Shown piece by piece: positions 32,992 through 43,020 of a stretch of 64,000 nt of DNA (its first letter is position 1; every line of letters starts with the position of its first letter). Source of the stretch: Cumulibacter sp. (GTDB taxonomy: Bacteria > Actinomycetota > Actinomycetes > Mycobacteriales > Antricoccaceae). The position numbers were made by a program, and so were the translations under genes. The notes beneath the pieces are model-generated. The model was given only the letters and a program-made list of their open reading frames with translations, did not search any database and was not told where the DNA came from. Location of the stretch: assembly GCA_047975195.1 (NCBI GenBank), contig JBKEDB010000013.1, positions 4,106-68,105 of the forward strand, in the 5' to 3' direction.

Positions 32992-33936
32992 ATGGCCGCT
33001 GGACTTGCCGCGTTACTGGACGACATCGCCGCTTTCGCGAAACTCGCCGCCGCGTCGCTTGACGATATCGGTGCGGCAGCCGGCAAGGCGAGCGCGAAGG
33101 CAACTGGCGTCATTATCGATGACGCCGCGGTGACACCGCGGTACGTCGAAGGCCTGGCGGCCGAGCGAGAGTTACCGATCATCAAACGCATCGCCGTCGG
33201 CTCGATCCGCAACAAACTCCTCTTCATCCTGCCGATCGCGTTGCTGCTGAGTGAGCTCCTGCCGTGGCTGCTCACGCCGATCCTGATGTGTGGCGGTGCA
33301 TATCTCGCCTACGAAGGCGCCGAAAAGGTCTGGGAGTGGATTTCCGGACATGGCGCGCACGCGCCTGCGGATGGAACGGCGGCCAAGGCCACCCAGGTCG
33401 ACGAAGACAAGATTGTGAAGAGCGCCGTGACCACCGACCTGATTCTCAGCGCTGAGATCATGGTGATCGCGTTGAACGAGGTCGCTGACCAAGCGTTGTG
33501 GATGCGAGCGATCATCCTGGTCGTCGTCGCGTTGCTGATTACTGTGATCGTCTACGGCGCGGTCGCGCTCATCGTCAAGATGGACGATATCGGGCTCAAG
33601 TTGGCCAGGCGCGAGGCGGCGTTCTCGCAGAAGCTCGGGCGCGGCATGGTCGCCGCGATGCCGAAGGTCATGAGCGTGCTGTCCACGGTCGGAATAGTGG
33701 CGATGCTGTGGGTTGGCGGGCACATTCTCTTGGTAGGTGTCGACGAACTCGGCTGGGGATGGCTGTACGACCAGGTGCACCACCTCGAGGAGGCCGTGCA
33801 CGGCGTCGCCGGCATTGGCGGATTTCTCGACTGGCTCATCAACACCATTGCCTCCGCCATCGTGGGCCTCATCGTCGGCGCAGTGCTCGTGGCGATCATG
33901 CACCTCATTCCGCGGCGTGCGAAAGCAGCCCACTAA
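32992..33936 (+). CDS. DUF808 (YedI-like) inner-membrane protein
   Basis: 'LAALLDDIAAFAKLAAASLDDI...IIDDAAVTPRYV' matches the conserved DUF808 N-terminus and is followed by TM helices. ATG 32992 lies 7 nt after GGAG. Confidence 0.8.
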   Translation: MAAGLAALLDDIAAFAKLAAASLDDIGAAAGKASAKATGVIIDDAAVTPRYVEGLAAERELPIIKRIAVGSIRNKLLFILPIALLLSELLPWLLTPILMCGGAYLAYEGAEKVWEWISGHGAHAPADGTAAKATQVDEDKIVKSAVTTDLILSAEIMVIALNEVADQALWMRAIILVVVALLITVIVYGAVALIVKMDDIGLKLARREAAFSQKLGRGMVAAMPKVMSVLSTVGIVAMLWVGGHILLVGVDELGWGWLYDQVHHLEEAVHGVAGIGGFLDWLINTIASAIVGLIVGAVLVAIMHLIPRRAKAAH

Positions 33937-34100
33937 TCGAGCGTTGTGTCGCGACTATCGAGGCGTGCGGGCGGTAATCGGATCGATCGCGTCGATGGCG
34001 TGGATCCTGGAAACTGGCGGCGGTGTGCGGGGCCTGCCAGGCGGGGGCGCTGGGGCATAGAGTGGATCAGGCTCCATCGTCGGACGCTGAGGAGAAGCGA

Positions 34101-36698
34101 TTGAGCACCACCAGCACTCCGCCTACTGAGACGGCAATGCGTCGGGCGCTTGCCCGCGTCGAACGCGGCAGCACGATTGATGAGGTTGAGGCGGAGATTC
34201 TGCTGCACGCCCGTGGCGCCGACCTGGAGCGACTCAGTGCGGCAGCATCCCGGGTCCGCGACGCTGGGCTCGAGGCCGTCGGCCGTGCCGGCATCCTCAC
34301 CTACAGTAAGAAGGTTTTTATCCCGGTTACGAGGCTGTGCCGCGACCGGTGCCATTACTGCACGTTCGCGACCGTCCCGCACCGCGTCGAGTCCATCTAC
34401 CTCTCACCCGACGAGATCCTGGATATTGCGCGTGAGGGTGCGGCGATGGGCTGCAAGGAAGCTCTGTTCACACTGGGTGATCGACCCGAGGACAGGTGGG
34501 ACGCCGCTGCGCAGTGGCTGGATGAAGCCGGCTACCCCGACACGCTCTCTTACGTGCGCGCGATGGCGATCCGGGTGCTGGAGGAAACGGGGTTACTGCC
34601 GCACCTCAATCCAGGCGTGATGTCCTGGCAGGAGTTGCAAAGGCTGCGTCCGGTAGCGCCGTCCATGGGGATGATGTTGGAGACGACATCCCGGCGGCTG
34701 TACGAAACGCCGGGCGAGGTGCACTACGCCTCGCCCGACAAAGATCCCGACATCCGGATTCGGGTACTCGAGGACGCTGGCCGATCCAACATTCCGTTTA
34801 CTACCGGCCTGCTGATCGGCATCGGCGAGACGTACGCCGAGCGCGTCGACTCAATTTTCACCCTGCGCCGCATCGCCCGCACCTACGGCGGCATCCAGGA
34901 AGTGATCATCCAGAACTTCCGCGCCAAGCCCGATACGGCGATGCGCAATGAACCGGACGCCGACATCCGGGAGTTCGCGGCGGCGCTCGCGGTCACCCGC
35001 GTGCTGCTTGGGCCGAAGATGCGGCTGCAGGCGCCACCGAACCTCGCACCCGACGACCTGAAACTGCTGCTAGACGCCGGCATCGACGACTGGGGCGGTA
35101 TCTCCCCGTTGACCCCGGACCACGTGAACCCGGAGTATCCGTGGCCGCAACTCGACGAACTGACCGCGTTCGTTGCCGACCAGGGATTCACCCTGCGGGA
35201 GCGGCTGACGATCTACCCCGAGTACGTCGCGCGGCGCGAGTCCTGGCTTGACCCTCGGCTGTTCGCGCACGTCGACGCCCTGGCCGATGACTCTGGGCTC
35301 GCCGTTGCTGACGCGGTCGTGCAGGGACGAGCGTGGCAAGAGCCGCCGTCCGCGATGGTCTCCTCGGGCCGCGTGAACCTGAACAGCGACATCGACAGCG
35401 AGGGGCGACTGACCAAGACCCGCTCGGACTTCGACGGCGTGTACGGCGACTGGGAGGAGATCGGCCGCGCCGTGACCCAACCTGCGCCGCGTGGATCGTC
35501 GGGGTCGATTCGCCCTGAGTTTGCGCAAGCGCTCTCGGCCGCGGAGAGTCGGCAATCGGCGATCAGCGATGCCGAAGCAGCAGTGCTCTTTGATGCGCAG
35601 GATGGCGCCGAGATCGATGCCTTGGTCGGTGTGGCCGATGACTTGCGCCGCGAGGTCAACGGCGATGTCGTCACCTACATCGTCAACCGGAATATCAACT
35701 TCACCAACGTCTGTTACACCGGCTGCCGATTCTGTGCGTTCGCGCAGCGACGAACCGACGCCGACGCGTTCACGCTGTCACTGGAACAAGTCGCTGACCG
35801 GGCGCAGCAAGCGTGGGAAGTCGGTGCCACCGAGGTGTGCATGCAAGGTGGCATCCACCCTGATCTGCCCGGTACGGCGTACTTCGACATCGCCCGGGCC
35901 GTGAAGGAGCGGGTGCCGCAGATGCATGTGCACGCGTTCTCGCCGATGGAGGTCATCAACGGCGCAAGCCGCACGGACCTATCTATTAGCGACTTCTTGG
36001 CGGCGGCGTCCGAGGCCGGTGTCGATTCCTTTCCCGGTACGGCCGCGGAAATCCTTGACGATGAGGTCCGCTGGGTGCTGACCAAAGGCAAGCTGCCGAC
36101 CGCGCAGTGGATCGAGGTCGTCACGGCCGCGCACCGGCAAGGGCTGCCCACCACGTCCACGATGATGTACGGGCACGTCGATCATGCCGGGCACTGGCTG
36201 GCGCATCTGCGGCTGCTCGGCCGGCTGCAGGACGAGAACGGCGGCTTCAGCGAGTTTGTGTTGCTGCCCTTCGTGCACTCGTCCTCACCCATTTACCTGG
36301 CGGGTCTCGCGCGGCCCGGTCCGACCAAACTGGAGAACCGGGTCGTACACGCGATGTCGCGGATCCTGCTGCACGGCAAGATCAACAACATCCAGACGTC
36401 CTGGGTGAAGACCACCGAAGACAGCGTGCGCGATCACCTGCGCGGCGGGGTCAACGACATCGGCGGCACGCTGATGGAGGAGACGATCTCGCGGATGGCC
36501 GGTTCGGAGTCGGGGTCGTTCCGCACCATCACCGAACTTGAGCGCATAGCGGCCGAGGCTGGGCGCCCGGCTCGCCAGCGCACCACCGAGTACGGCGAGG
36601 TGTCGGCGGAGCGTCGTGCGGTGGCTGTGCAACACGACGGCGTCTTGCCGGGGGATCTGCTGCGGCACATCCCCGTCGCCGGCGTCGTCTCTCGCTAG
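34101..36698 (+). CDS. fbiC: FO (7,8-didemethyl-8-hydroxy-5-deazariboflavin) synthase, fused CofG/CofH
   Basis: Two radical-SAM cysteine motifs, '[10 protein letters not shown]' and '[10 protein letters not shown]', in a protein of about 860 aa. Start uncertain: TTG 34101 after GGAG, or 34023, or 34137. Confidence 0.9.
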   Translation: MSTTSTPPTETAMRRALARVERGSTIDEVEAEILLHARGADLERLSAAASRVRDAGLEAVGRAGILTYSKKVFIPVTRLCRDRCHYCTFATVPHRVESIYLSPDEILDIAREGAAMGCKEALFTLGDRPEDRWDAAAQWLDEAGYPDTLSYVRAMAIRVLEETGLLPHLNPGVMSWQELQRLRPVAPSMGMMLETTSRRLYETPGEVHYASPDKDPDIRIRVLEDAGRSNIPFTTGLLIGIGETYAERVDSIFTLRRIARTYGGIQEVIIQNFRAKPDTAMRNEPDADIREFAAALAVTRVLLGPKMRLQAPPNLAPDDLKLLLDAGIDDWGGISPLTPDHVNPEYPWPQLDELTAFVADQGFTLRERLTIYPEYVARRESWLDPRLFAHVDALADDSGLAVADAVVQGRAWQEPPSAMVSSGRVNLNSDIDSEGRLTKTRSDFDGVYGDWEEIGRAVTQPAPRGSSGSIRPEFAQALSAAESRQSAISDAEAAVLFDAQDGAEIDALVGVADDLRREVNGDVVTYIVNRNINFTNVCYTGCRFCAFAQRRTDADAFTLSLEQVADRAQQAWEVGATEVCMQGGIHPDLPGTAYFDIARAVKERVPQMHVHAFSPMEVINGASRTDLSISDFLAAASEAGVDSFPGTAAEILDDEVRWVLTKGKLPTAQWIEVVTAAHRQGLPTTSTMMYGHVDHAGHWLAHLRLLGRLQDENGGFSEFVLLPFVHSSSPIYLAGLARPGPTKLENRVVHAMSRILLHGKINNIQTSWVKTTEDSVRDHLRGGVNDIGGTLMEETISRMAGSESGSFRTITELERIAAEAGRPARQRTTEYGEVSAERRAVAVQHDGVLPGDLLRHIPVAGVVSR

Positions 36699-36726
36699 CG
36701 TCAACCGCCTACTGGCCGTTAACGCT

Positions 36727-37344
36727 TCAGCAGGTGTAGACCGACACGGCCCAGTCCGCATCCTCGCGCCACGGCTCTAGCTGCCAGGTCGCAAACCGAT
36801 GTTGCAGTTGGAGCCCGATTGCGGCGGCATCGGAGTCTTGCGTCGATACGGAGTAGTCGCGACCGGTGGCGAACCCGGTGACGATCCGTCCGCCCTCGCG
36901 CAACAACGTGCGCAGATTGGCCAGCACGTCACGTTCCGTGCCCGGTGCGAGGTAGACCATGACGTTGCCGGCCAACACGATGATGTCGAACGACGTCGGC
37001 AACCGCGCCGATCCCAGCGCGCTCGGGCTGAGCGTGAGAAGGTCGTGCGCCAGCAGCGGCAGTCCCGGGTACCGTGCGCGTCCGACCGCGATGTGTCCGG
37101 CGTCCTTGTCGACACCCGCGACGTGGTGACCGGCGGCCGCCAGCGCTGAAGCGACTCGCCCCGCACCACAACCGGCGTCCAGAATCGCGGCGGAGCGCTC
37201 GGCGATCGCGTCGATGAACCGGGCCTCGCCGGCTGTGTCGGCGCCGGAGTCGTGCAGGCCGGTGAACCGGTCGACGTACGCCTGCCAGCGCGATCCGTGC
37301 GCGATGAGTTCGTTGTCCCAGCGAGTGGGCTTAGAGTCGGTCAT
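36727..37344 (-). CDS. Class I SAM-dependent methyltransferase
   Basis: Motif I 'ILDAGCGAGRV'. ATG 37344 after GAGGA. The longer track ORF (to 37533) would run through the tRNA gene on the opposite strand. Confidence 0.8.
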   Translation of the reverse strand: MTDSKPTRWDNELIAHGSRWQAYVDRFTGLHDSGADTAGEARFIDAIAERSAAILDAGCGAGRVASALAAAGHHVAGVDKDAGHIAVGRARYPGLPLLAHDLLTLSPSALGSARLPTSFDIIVLAGNVMVYLAPGTERDVLANLRTLLREGGRIVTGFATGRDYSVSTQDSDAAAIGLQLQHRFATWQLEPWREDADWAVSVYTC

Positions 37345-37443
37345 CGCGTGATCCTCACTTGGTCGCCAGGCGACCCCCGAGCCGCAGCGGAGGTCCGTGC
37401 AGCCGCCCAAGACGGCGTTGAGTATGATGTCTACTGCGTCACT

Positions 37444-37517
37444 GCGGGCGTAGTTTAATGGTAGAACTTCAGCTTCCCAAGCTGATAGCGCGGGTTCGAT
37501 TCCCGTCGCCCGCTCCA
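37444..37517 (+). tRNA. tRNA-Gly (anticodon CCC)
   Basis: 74-nt cloverleaf. Acceptor GCGGGCG/CGCCCGC. Anticodon stem UCAGC/GCUGA with loop UUCCCAA. T-arm GCGGG-UUCGAUU-CCCGU. Encoded CCA. Confidence 0.9.
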
Positions 37518-37595
37518 CATAATGAAGCCCCATATCCGAGCGATCGTCATGATCCGCCGGACATGGGGCCTCATCGCTTCTGGCAGGGGCCGGGG

Positions 37596-38489
37596 CTACT
37601 TCTTCGTGGTGCCGGGAAGCAGTCCGGCATCGATCACCGACTTCACGAACGGCCGTACGGCGGCGAAGAACTCGTCCGCGTCGTCGACGTTCGCCCAGAT
37701 CGACGCGGCAGCGTCGTCTGTTTGGTCTTCGATCAGGTCATACAACTGTGCTCCCGCGGCGGTGAGCCGCTCGGCGTCCGCTTCCAGCAGCCCGCGGGTC
37801 CGCAGCCTGTCGGCCGCCGCCTCCCAGGCCTCATCGCCCCACGCGCGGGACGACTTCGTTGCGTCCTTACTCAGCGCGCCACCGCCGACCGAGGGGTCGG
37901 GGTGCTCGGCGGTGTGCAGCACGAGTGCCTCGACCGGCGGCAACTCGTGGGCGATGAGAGCACCAATGTGTCCGTCGCCGCGCCATTCGCGCCAGGTTGC
38001 CGTCGCCTGCCAGAGAGCGACATGCGGCTCTGAGTGGCGAGCGACGTCGAGGTTCGCGGCGCCGAGCGCCCGCCCGGCCTTGGTCGCGTTCGAGAGGATC
38101 CCGTTCAGCCGGTCGACTACTCGTGGCAGTTGATCGCTGCCGAGCAGGTCGCCGAATGCGCCGGTAAGCGCCTTGTCGGCGATGCGTTCGCGGGCTGCCA
38201 GCAACTGCGCCGGGGTGTGGCTGGACAGCGCATCCTGCCAACCCTTCTCGATCACTGCCGGGTTCCAGTTGTAGAAGGCGGCAGCGACGACGGCGGGCGA
38301 GCAAGCGCCGAGTGGCGCTCCCCGGAAGCCGACGTAGGAGCCGTAGAAGTTCAGCCCCTCCGCTTTCGACACCTCCGCGACCTGCGGGCCGAAGTACGCG
38401 ACGATGTGCAGCGGTTCGAGGGCTTGGTATGCCTGGCGGGCGTAGCCGCGGGCACGTTCGTTGTGGCGGAGGGTCATGCGATGCTCCAA
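37596..38489 (-). CDS. Conserved hypothetical protein (helical; no motif recognised)
   Basis: 297-aa ORF with normal composition and a GC-rich third position. The start could be 38477. Confidence 0.6.
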   Translation of the reverse strand: MEHRMTLRHNERARGYARQAYQALEPLHIVAYFGPQVAEVSKAEGLNFYGSYVGFRGAPLGACSPAVVAAAFYNWNPAVIEKGWQDALSSHTPAQLLAARERIADKALTGAFGDLLGSDQLPRVVDRLNGILSNATKAGRALGAANLDVARHSEPHVALWQATATWREWRGDGHIGALIAHELPPVEALVLHTAEHPDPSVGGGALSKDATKSSRAWGDEAWEAAADRLRTRGLLEADAERLTAAGAQLYDLIEDQTDDAAASIWANVDDADEFFAAVRPFVKSVIDAGLLPGTTKK

Positions 38490-38568
38490 TGCGACGAGCG
38501 GACGGATAGCCCCACCTAATCACGACTTCGCGACCGTGAGCAGGTCGTGGCGGTCCGGGCGGGCTCGG

Positions 38569-39696
38569 CTACAGGTGCTTCTGAATGTCCGGCAGTGCCT
38601 GCGCGAGCACGTCCAATCGCGCGCGGGTGCGATCGGGTTCGCCGACGAGCGCCAAGTTTGCCATCCCGGCGTCCCCGCGTGCTATCCCGGCCGCGATGCG
38701 CTCGCAGGCCAACGCCATCCGCCGCTGTGCCGCGTGCGCGACGCTTAGCACCGACACCCCGCCGTACGACGCGGCGAGCAGCGACAGCCGCTGTGCCAAG
38801 AGTTCCGGGGCGAGGCCGTGGTACAGCGGTATTGCCGTCCACGCCAGGAAGCCGAGGTCGTCCATCGCATCACCCGGCCCGGCCATATCCCAGTCGAACA
38901 ATCCACTGGCCCGATCACCGTCGAATGCCCAGTTGTAGACGCCGGGGTCGTTATGGCAAATCACCTCATCGCTGCCCAGTGTGCGCTCGCCGTACCGCCA
39001 CCGCCGCGGACCGGTCGGGCGAAAGGACGCCATCGCCTCGTGCAACGCGCGAAGCGCGGCGCCGCACGAGGACACCTGCGCGTCGGTGAGCAACTCGTCA
39101 TCCGGTGCAACCGTGCGCCCAGGTATATAGGTAAGGACCTCGCGGCCGCGTTCATCGATGCCGATCGGAGTCGGCGCGAGGTGCAATGGCCGCAGGTGTT
39201 CCAGCAACTCGTGCACTACCGGCGTCCAGGGTCCCGTCGGACGGCGCACAGTGGATCCGATCCGCACGGCTCCGTCTGTCGCGCCACCGGCGAGGGGCTC
39301 GCCATCGAGCAACCGGTCACGCAGTTCGGGTAAGAACGCGCGATCGGCGTCAACCCAGTCAACGACGTCGAGTTCGTCGGGTCCAACCCACCGCAGCGCG
39401 GAGTGCTCGCGCGCGATCGGATTACCGGCGGCGAGCTCGGCGTACACGGCGATCAGGCGTATCGCTGGACGTGGCTGCGCCGACGCGTCCAATTGGTCCA
39501 GCACCCGCACGGTGCAGCCGAGCTCTTCGGTGATCTCTCGGACGGCCGCGTCGGCGAGCGCCTCGCCGGTCGCTACCTTGCCGCCGGGAAGCTCCCAGCG
39601 TCCGGCGAGTTCAGGTGGGTACGCGCGTTGCGCGGCCAGGACCTCACCATTCGCGATGATGGCGACCGCAACAACGAGCTGTTCGCGCGTGGACAT
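38569..39696 (-). CDS. NUDIX hydrolase (MutT-like) fused to an aminoglycoside-phosphotransferase-like kinase domain
   Basis: NUDIX box '[23 protein letters not shown]'. C-half has '[11 protein letters not shown]...[11 protein letters not shown]' (APH/kinase catalytic and DxD-type motifs). Confidence 0.8.
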   Translation of the reverse strand: MSTREQLVVAVAIIANGEVLAAQRAYPPELAGRWELPGGKVATGEALADAAVREITEELGCTVRVLDQLDASAQPRPAIRLIAVYAELAAGNPIAREHSALRWVGPDELDVVDWVDADRAFLPELRDRLLDGEPLAGGATDGAVRIGSTVRRPTGPWTPVVHELLEHLRPLHLAPTPIGIDERGREVLTYIPGRTVAPDDELLTDAQVSSCGAALRALHEAMASFRPTGPRRWRYGERTLGSDEVICHNDPGVYNWAFDGDRASGLFDWDMAGPGDAMDDLGFLAWTAIPLYHGLAPELLAQRLSLLAASYGGVSVLSVAHAAQRRMALACERIAAGIARGDAGMANLALVGEPDRTRARLDVLAQALPDIQKHL

Positions 39697-39774
39697 TCAC
39701 TCACGTTAATGACTCGGGCAGCCGAGTGCGTAGGTCGGTGTGGTGCATGGAGCCGCACTCAGTACGCTGGGCGA

Positions 39775-40353
39775 ATGCTGCTGTCAGACCGTGACCTGCG
39801 TGCCCGCATCGACCGAGGTGAACTAGGCATTGAGCCGTTCGATGAGGGACTGATCCAGCCGTCCAGCATCGACGTACGGCTCGACCGCTTCTTCCGGGTG
39901 TTCAACAATCAGAACTACACCCATATTGACCCGGCGCAACAGCAGGACGACCTCACCAGCAGCGTCGAGGTCCCCGAAGGCTCGCCGCTCGTCCTGCACC
40001 CCGGCGAGTTCGTGCTCGGCTCGACCCTGGAGGTCATCTCGCTGGCCGAGGATCTCGCGGGACGGCTGGAGGGCAAGTCCAGCCTCGGCCGGTTGGGGTT
40101 GTTGACCCATTCGACCGCGGGGTTCATCGATCCGGGATTCTCCGGACACATCACCCTCGAACTGTCGAACATGGCGAATCTGCCGATCACGCTGTGGCCG
40201 GGGATGAAGATCGGCCAACTGTGCGCATTCCAGCTCAGCAGCCCCGCCCAGCACCCGTACGGATCGGAGATTTACGGATCGCGGTATCAGGGCCAACGTG
40301 GACCGACCCCGTCGCGCTCGTCGCGTAACTGGCGGGTCTGGCCGACGATCTGA
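39775..40353 (+). CDS. dcd: dCTP deaminase
   Basis: 'MLLSDRDL...[10 protein letters not shown]...[11 protein letters not shown]...GFIDPGF.G.ITLE' is the canonical Dcd sequence pattern. The in-frame ATG at 39775 gives 192 aa. Confidence 0.9.
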   Translation: MLLSDRDLRARIDRGELGIEPFDEGLIQPSSIDVRLDRFFRVFNNQNYTHIDPAQQQDDLTSSVEVPEGSPLVLHPGEFVLGSTLEVISLAEDLAGRLEGKSSLGRLGLLTHSTAGFIDPGFSGHITLELSNMANLPITLWPGMKIGQLCAFQLSSPAQHPYGSEIYGSRYQGQRGPTPSRSSRNWRVWPTI

Positions 40354-40620
40354 GCAGGTGTCGCTCGGGCGGAACGCAGAAGCCACCTGCGGACGGACGC
40401 GTGCAGGCATGCGGACTACCGTTGAGGCCCACCGGCTCGCGCGCGTTCGCTGAGTGATCGTCACAGTCGCGCCGCGACGCTTCGCGGGCACGAGTTCGTA
40501 TATAACGATCGTTCGCCCTAGCCAAGTCCGGTGTGCATGGTCGAGAATCACGGCTAGTGACTGTCCGGCAGAGCGCCGGCGGCAGACGAGCCGCAGTGCG
40601 CGGCTGGAAGGGAACACCTG

Positions 40621-42147
40621 GTGACGTGGTACTCCTATGCCCAGACCGACCCGGACCGTGCGGCGTTAGTCGCCGACGATGTGCGGGTGAGTTTCGGTGA
40701 ACTCGACGAGCAGGTCAATCGGATCATCAATTCGCTCGACTCACTGGGCGTTGGCCGCGGTGATGCGGTCGCGATCGTACTGCCGAATGAGTGGGAATAC
40801 CTGCCCCTCGAGTTGGCCTGCCTGAACACCGAGCGGTACATCGTCCCGGTCAATCGCCACCTGACCGCGCCCGAGATCGCGTACATCCTCAGTAATGCTG
40901 AACCCAAATTGGTGCTGACCAACGCCGACCTGCTTCCCGTGGTGCGCGAAGCGGCCGCGGAGGCCGGGTTGCCCGGCACCGATCGGATCTACACCACCGG
41001 TGATCCGAATGCTCCGACGGCGTGGGTGAGCGCATGGCAGAACTCGCCCGCCGACGCGCCGAAGGACCGGCTCGCGGGCTCGGTCATGTTCTACAGCTCG
41101 GGCACGACCGGCAAGCCGAAGGGGATTCGGCGCGCGTTGAGCGGGCTCACCCCCGAACAGGAGCACGAGGTCGGCAGGCAGACGTGGGGGCTGCTCAACT
41201 TGACCGAAGGGCCGGGTGTGCACGTCGTCGCGGCGCCGTTGTACCACTCGGCGCCGAACGGTATGGCGCTCGGCGCACTCGGTCGCGGCGTCACGTTGGC
41301 ATTCCCGGCGATGGGCCGATTCGATCCGGCCGAGTTCCTATCGTTCATCGAGCGGGTCAAGATGACCGAATCGTTCATGGTGCCGACGATGTTCCAGCGG
41401 CTGCTGCGCCTACCGGACGACGTCCGCGCGGCATTTGATTCCTCGTCGCTGCGTGCGGTGGTGCACGCCGGTGCGCCGTGTCCGGTACCGACCAAGCACG
41501 ACATGATCGCGTGGTGGGGCCCGGTGCTGGAGGAGTTCTACGGCTCAACCGAGAGTTCCGTCGTCACGACGGTGAGTTCGAAGCAATGGCTAGAGGCGCC
41601 TGGCACGGTCGGGCAGGTACGCCCAGGGTGGCGGATGGAGATTCGCGGCGCCGACGGCAAGCCCGTCGCGCAGGGCGAGGAAGGGCTGATCTTCAGCATC
41701 GGCAGCGCACCGTTCGATTACGTCAAGGACCCGGAGAAGACCGCCGGCACGTGGGAAGGTGAGGCGCTGCTGATCGGCGATATCGGCAAGGTCGACGAAG
41801 AAGGCCGGCTGTTTGTGCTGGACCGCCGTACTGACCTGATCCTGTCCGGTGGCGTGAACATCTACCCGGCCGAAATCGAGTTCACCCTCGCAGAGCATCC
41901 GTCCGTGATCGACGTCGTGGTGATCGGCGTACCTGACGAGGAGTGGGGCCAGAAGGTCGTCGCGATCGTGCAGCCTGTGGAAGGTGCGGACCGTTCGGCG
42001 CTGTCGGAGGAATTGGTGGAGTTCTGCCAAGGCCGGTTGGCGAAGTACAAGCAGCCGAGCCGCATCGACTTGGTTGACGAACTGCCGCGGATGCCCACGG
42101 GCAAGATCAGCCGCTCGAGGGTGCGCGAGTCATACGTTCCGCGTTAA
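40621..42147 (+). CDS. AMP-dependent acyl-CoA synthetase/ligase
   Basis: AMP-binding motif 'FYSSGTTGKPKGI', 'YGSTE', and the C-terminal 'PRMPTGKISR' lysine motif. Confidence 0.85.
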   Translation: MTWYSYAQTDPDRAALVADDVRVSFGELDEQVNRIINSLDSLGVGRGDAVAIVLPNEWEYLPLELACLNTERYIVPVNRHLTAPEIAYILSNAEPKLVLTNADLLPVVREAAAEAGLPGTDRIYTTGDPNAPTAWVSAWQNSPADAPKDRLAGSVMFYSSGTTGKPKGIRRALSGLTPEQEHEVGRQTWGLLNLTEGPGVHVVAAPLYHSAPNGMALGALGRGVTLAFPAMGRFDPAEFLSFIERVKMTESFMVPTMFQRLLRLPDDVRAAFDSSSLRAVVHAGAPCPVPTKHDMIAWWGPVLEEFYGSTESSVVTTVSSKQWLEAPGTVGQVRPGWRMEIRGADGKPVAQGEEGLIFSIGSAPFDYVKDPEKTAGTWEGEALLIGDIGKVDEEGRLFVLDRRTDLILSGGVNIYPAEIEFTLAEHPSVIDVVVIGVPDEEWGQKVVAIVQPVEGADRSALSEELVEFCQGRLAKYKQPSRIDLVDELPRMPTGKISRSRVRESYVPR

Positions 42148-42210
42148 CCCTGCCGCCCAATCGGTCGTCGACCCGCGCCATCCCCGTAAGTTCGTCCATT
42201 TCGCGAACTC

Positions 42211-42260
42211 GCGGGGTAGTGGGTAACGCTATCGAGCGATAGCGTTACCCACTACCCCGC
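42211..42260. terminator. Very long perfect hairpin between convergent genes
   Basis: gcggggtagtgggtaacgctatcg / cgatagcgttacccactaccccgc: a 24-bp perfect inverted repeat separated by 2 nt, in the 122-bp gap. Confidence 0.6.
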
Positions 42261-42269
42261 AGATCGCTC

Positions 42270-42815
42270 TTACGTGGGGTTGCCGGAGCGGTCGACGCGT
42301 ACGGCATCGCGGTGCGTGCTGATCCTGGCGACGTAGCCCTTCCAATTCGCGTCGATACCGCCGCGCTCGTCAGCCGTGGTCTCCCGGACCACCTTGCCGG
42401 GCGAGCCGAGAACCATCGAGTTCGCCGGGATCACGGTTCCCTGGGTGACCAACGTGCCAGCTCCGATGATCGATCCGGAACCAACGACGGCGCCGTTCAT
42501 CACGATGGCGCCCATGCCGACGAGGACGTCGTCCTCGATGGTGCAGCCGTGCAGGATCGCGTTGTGTCCGACCGCGACGCGTTCGCCTACCGACAGCGGG
42601 AACCCTGGGTCGGCATGGCAGGCCGTGCCGTCCTGAATGTTCGAACCGGCGCCAATCGTGATTGGCGTGGTGTCGGCGCGTAGGACGGCGCAGTGCCACA
42701 ACGATGAGTCGGGACCCATCGTTACCGCTCCGGTCACAATGGCCGTGGGTGCGATGTACGCCGACTCGTCGATCTGTGGCGTGCCGGTATCGATCCGATA
42801 AATGTGCTCAGGCAT
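42270..42815 (-). CDS. Gamma-carbonic-anhydrase-family / left-handed beta-helix (hexapeptide) protein
   Basis: 'AYIAPTAIVTGAVTMGPDSSLWHCAVLRAD...IGAGSNIQDG...VGHNAILHGCTI' has the hexapeptide repeats and His ligands typical of the family. ATG at 42815. Confidence 0.85.
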   Translation of the reverse strand: MPEHIYRIDTGTPQIDESAYIAPTAIVTGAVTMGPDSSLWHCAVLRADTTPITIGAGSNIQDGTACHADPGFPLSVGERVAVGHNAILHGCTIEDDVLVGMGAIVMNGAVVGSGSIIGAGTLVTQGTVIPANSMVLGSPGKVVRETTADERGGIDANWKGYVARISTHRDAVRVDRSGNPT

Positions 42816-43020
42816 GCGCCTGATTCTGCCCGAGGTACCTCCACTGGCTCGCCGGTGGCCCCACCGGTCGTGAATTCGAGCGCGGCTCTCGTTTCTTGTC
42901 CTGGCTGGGTCGGCGAGCGGTCGGTTTCCCGCGCGCTGGTCGGTCAACGACCGGCGGTGCTCCAACGACGACGGGCGCCCGCCGGCCGAAGCCGAGGACG
43001 CCCGTCGCGGGTGCGGTTTA

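Noticed and set aside
37444-37517. tRNA-Gly as a possible genomic-island integration site
   Set aside because: No integrase, no direct repeat of the tRNA 3' end and no mobile genes were found on either side. The neighbours are conserved housekeeping genes.
40504-40513. 10-bp palindrome AACGATCGTT next to an AT-rich 'tatataac' upstream of the acyl-CoA synthetase gene, as a possible operator and -10 box
   Set aside because: It is too short to distinguish from chance, and there is no adjacent regulator gene to support it.
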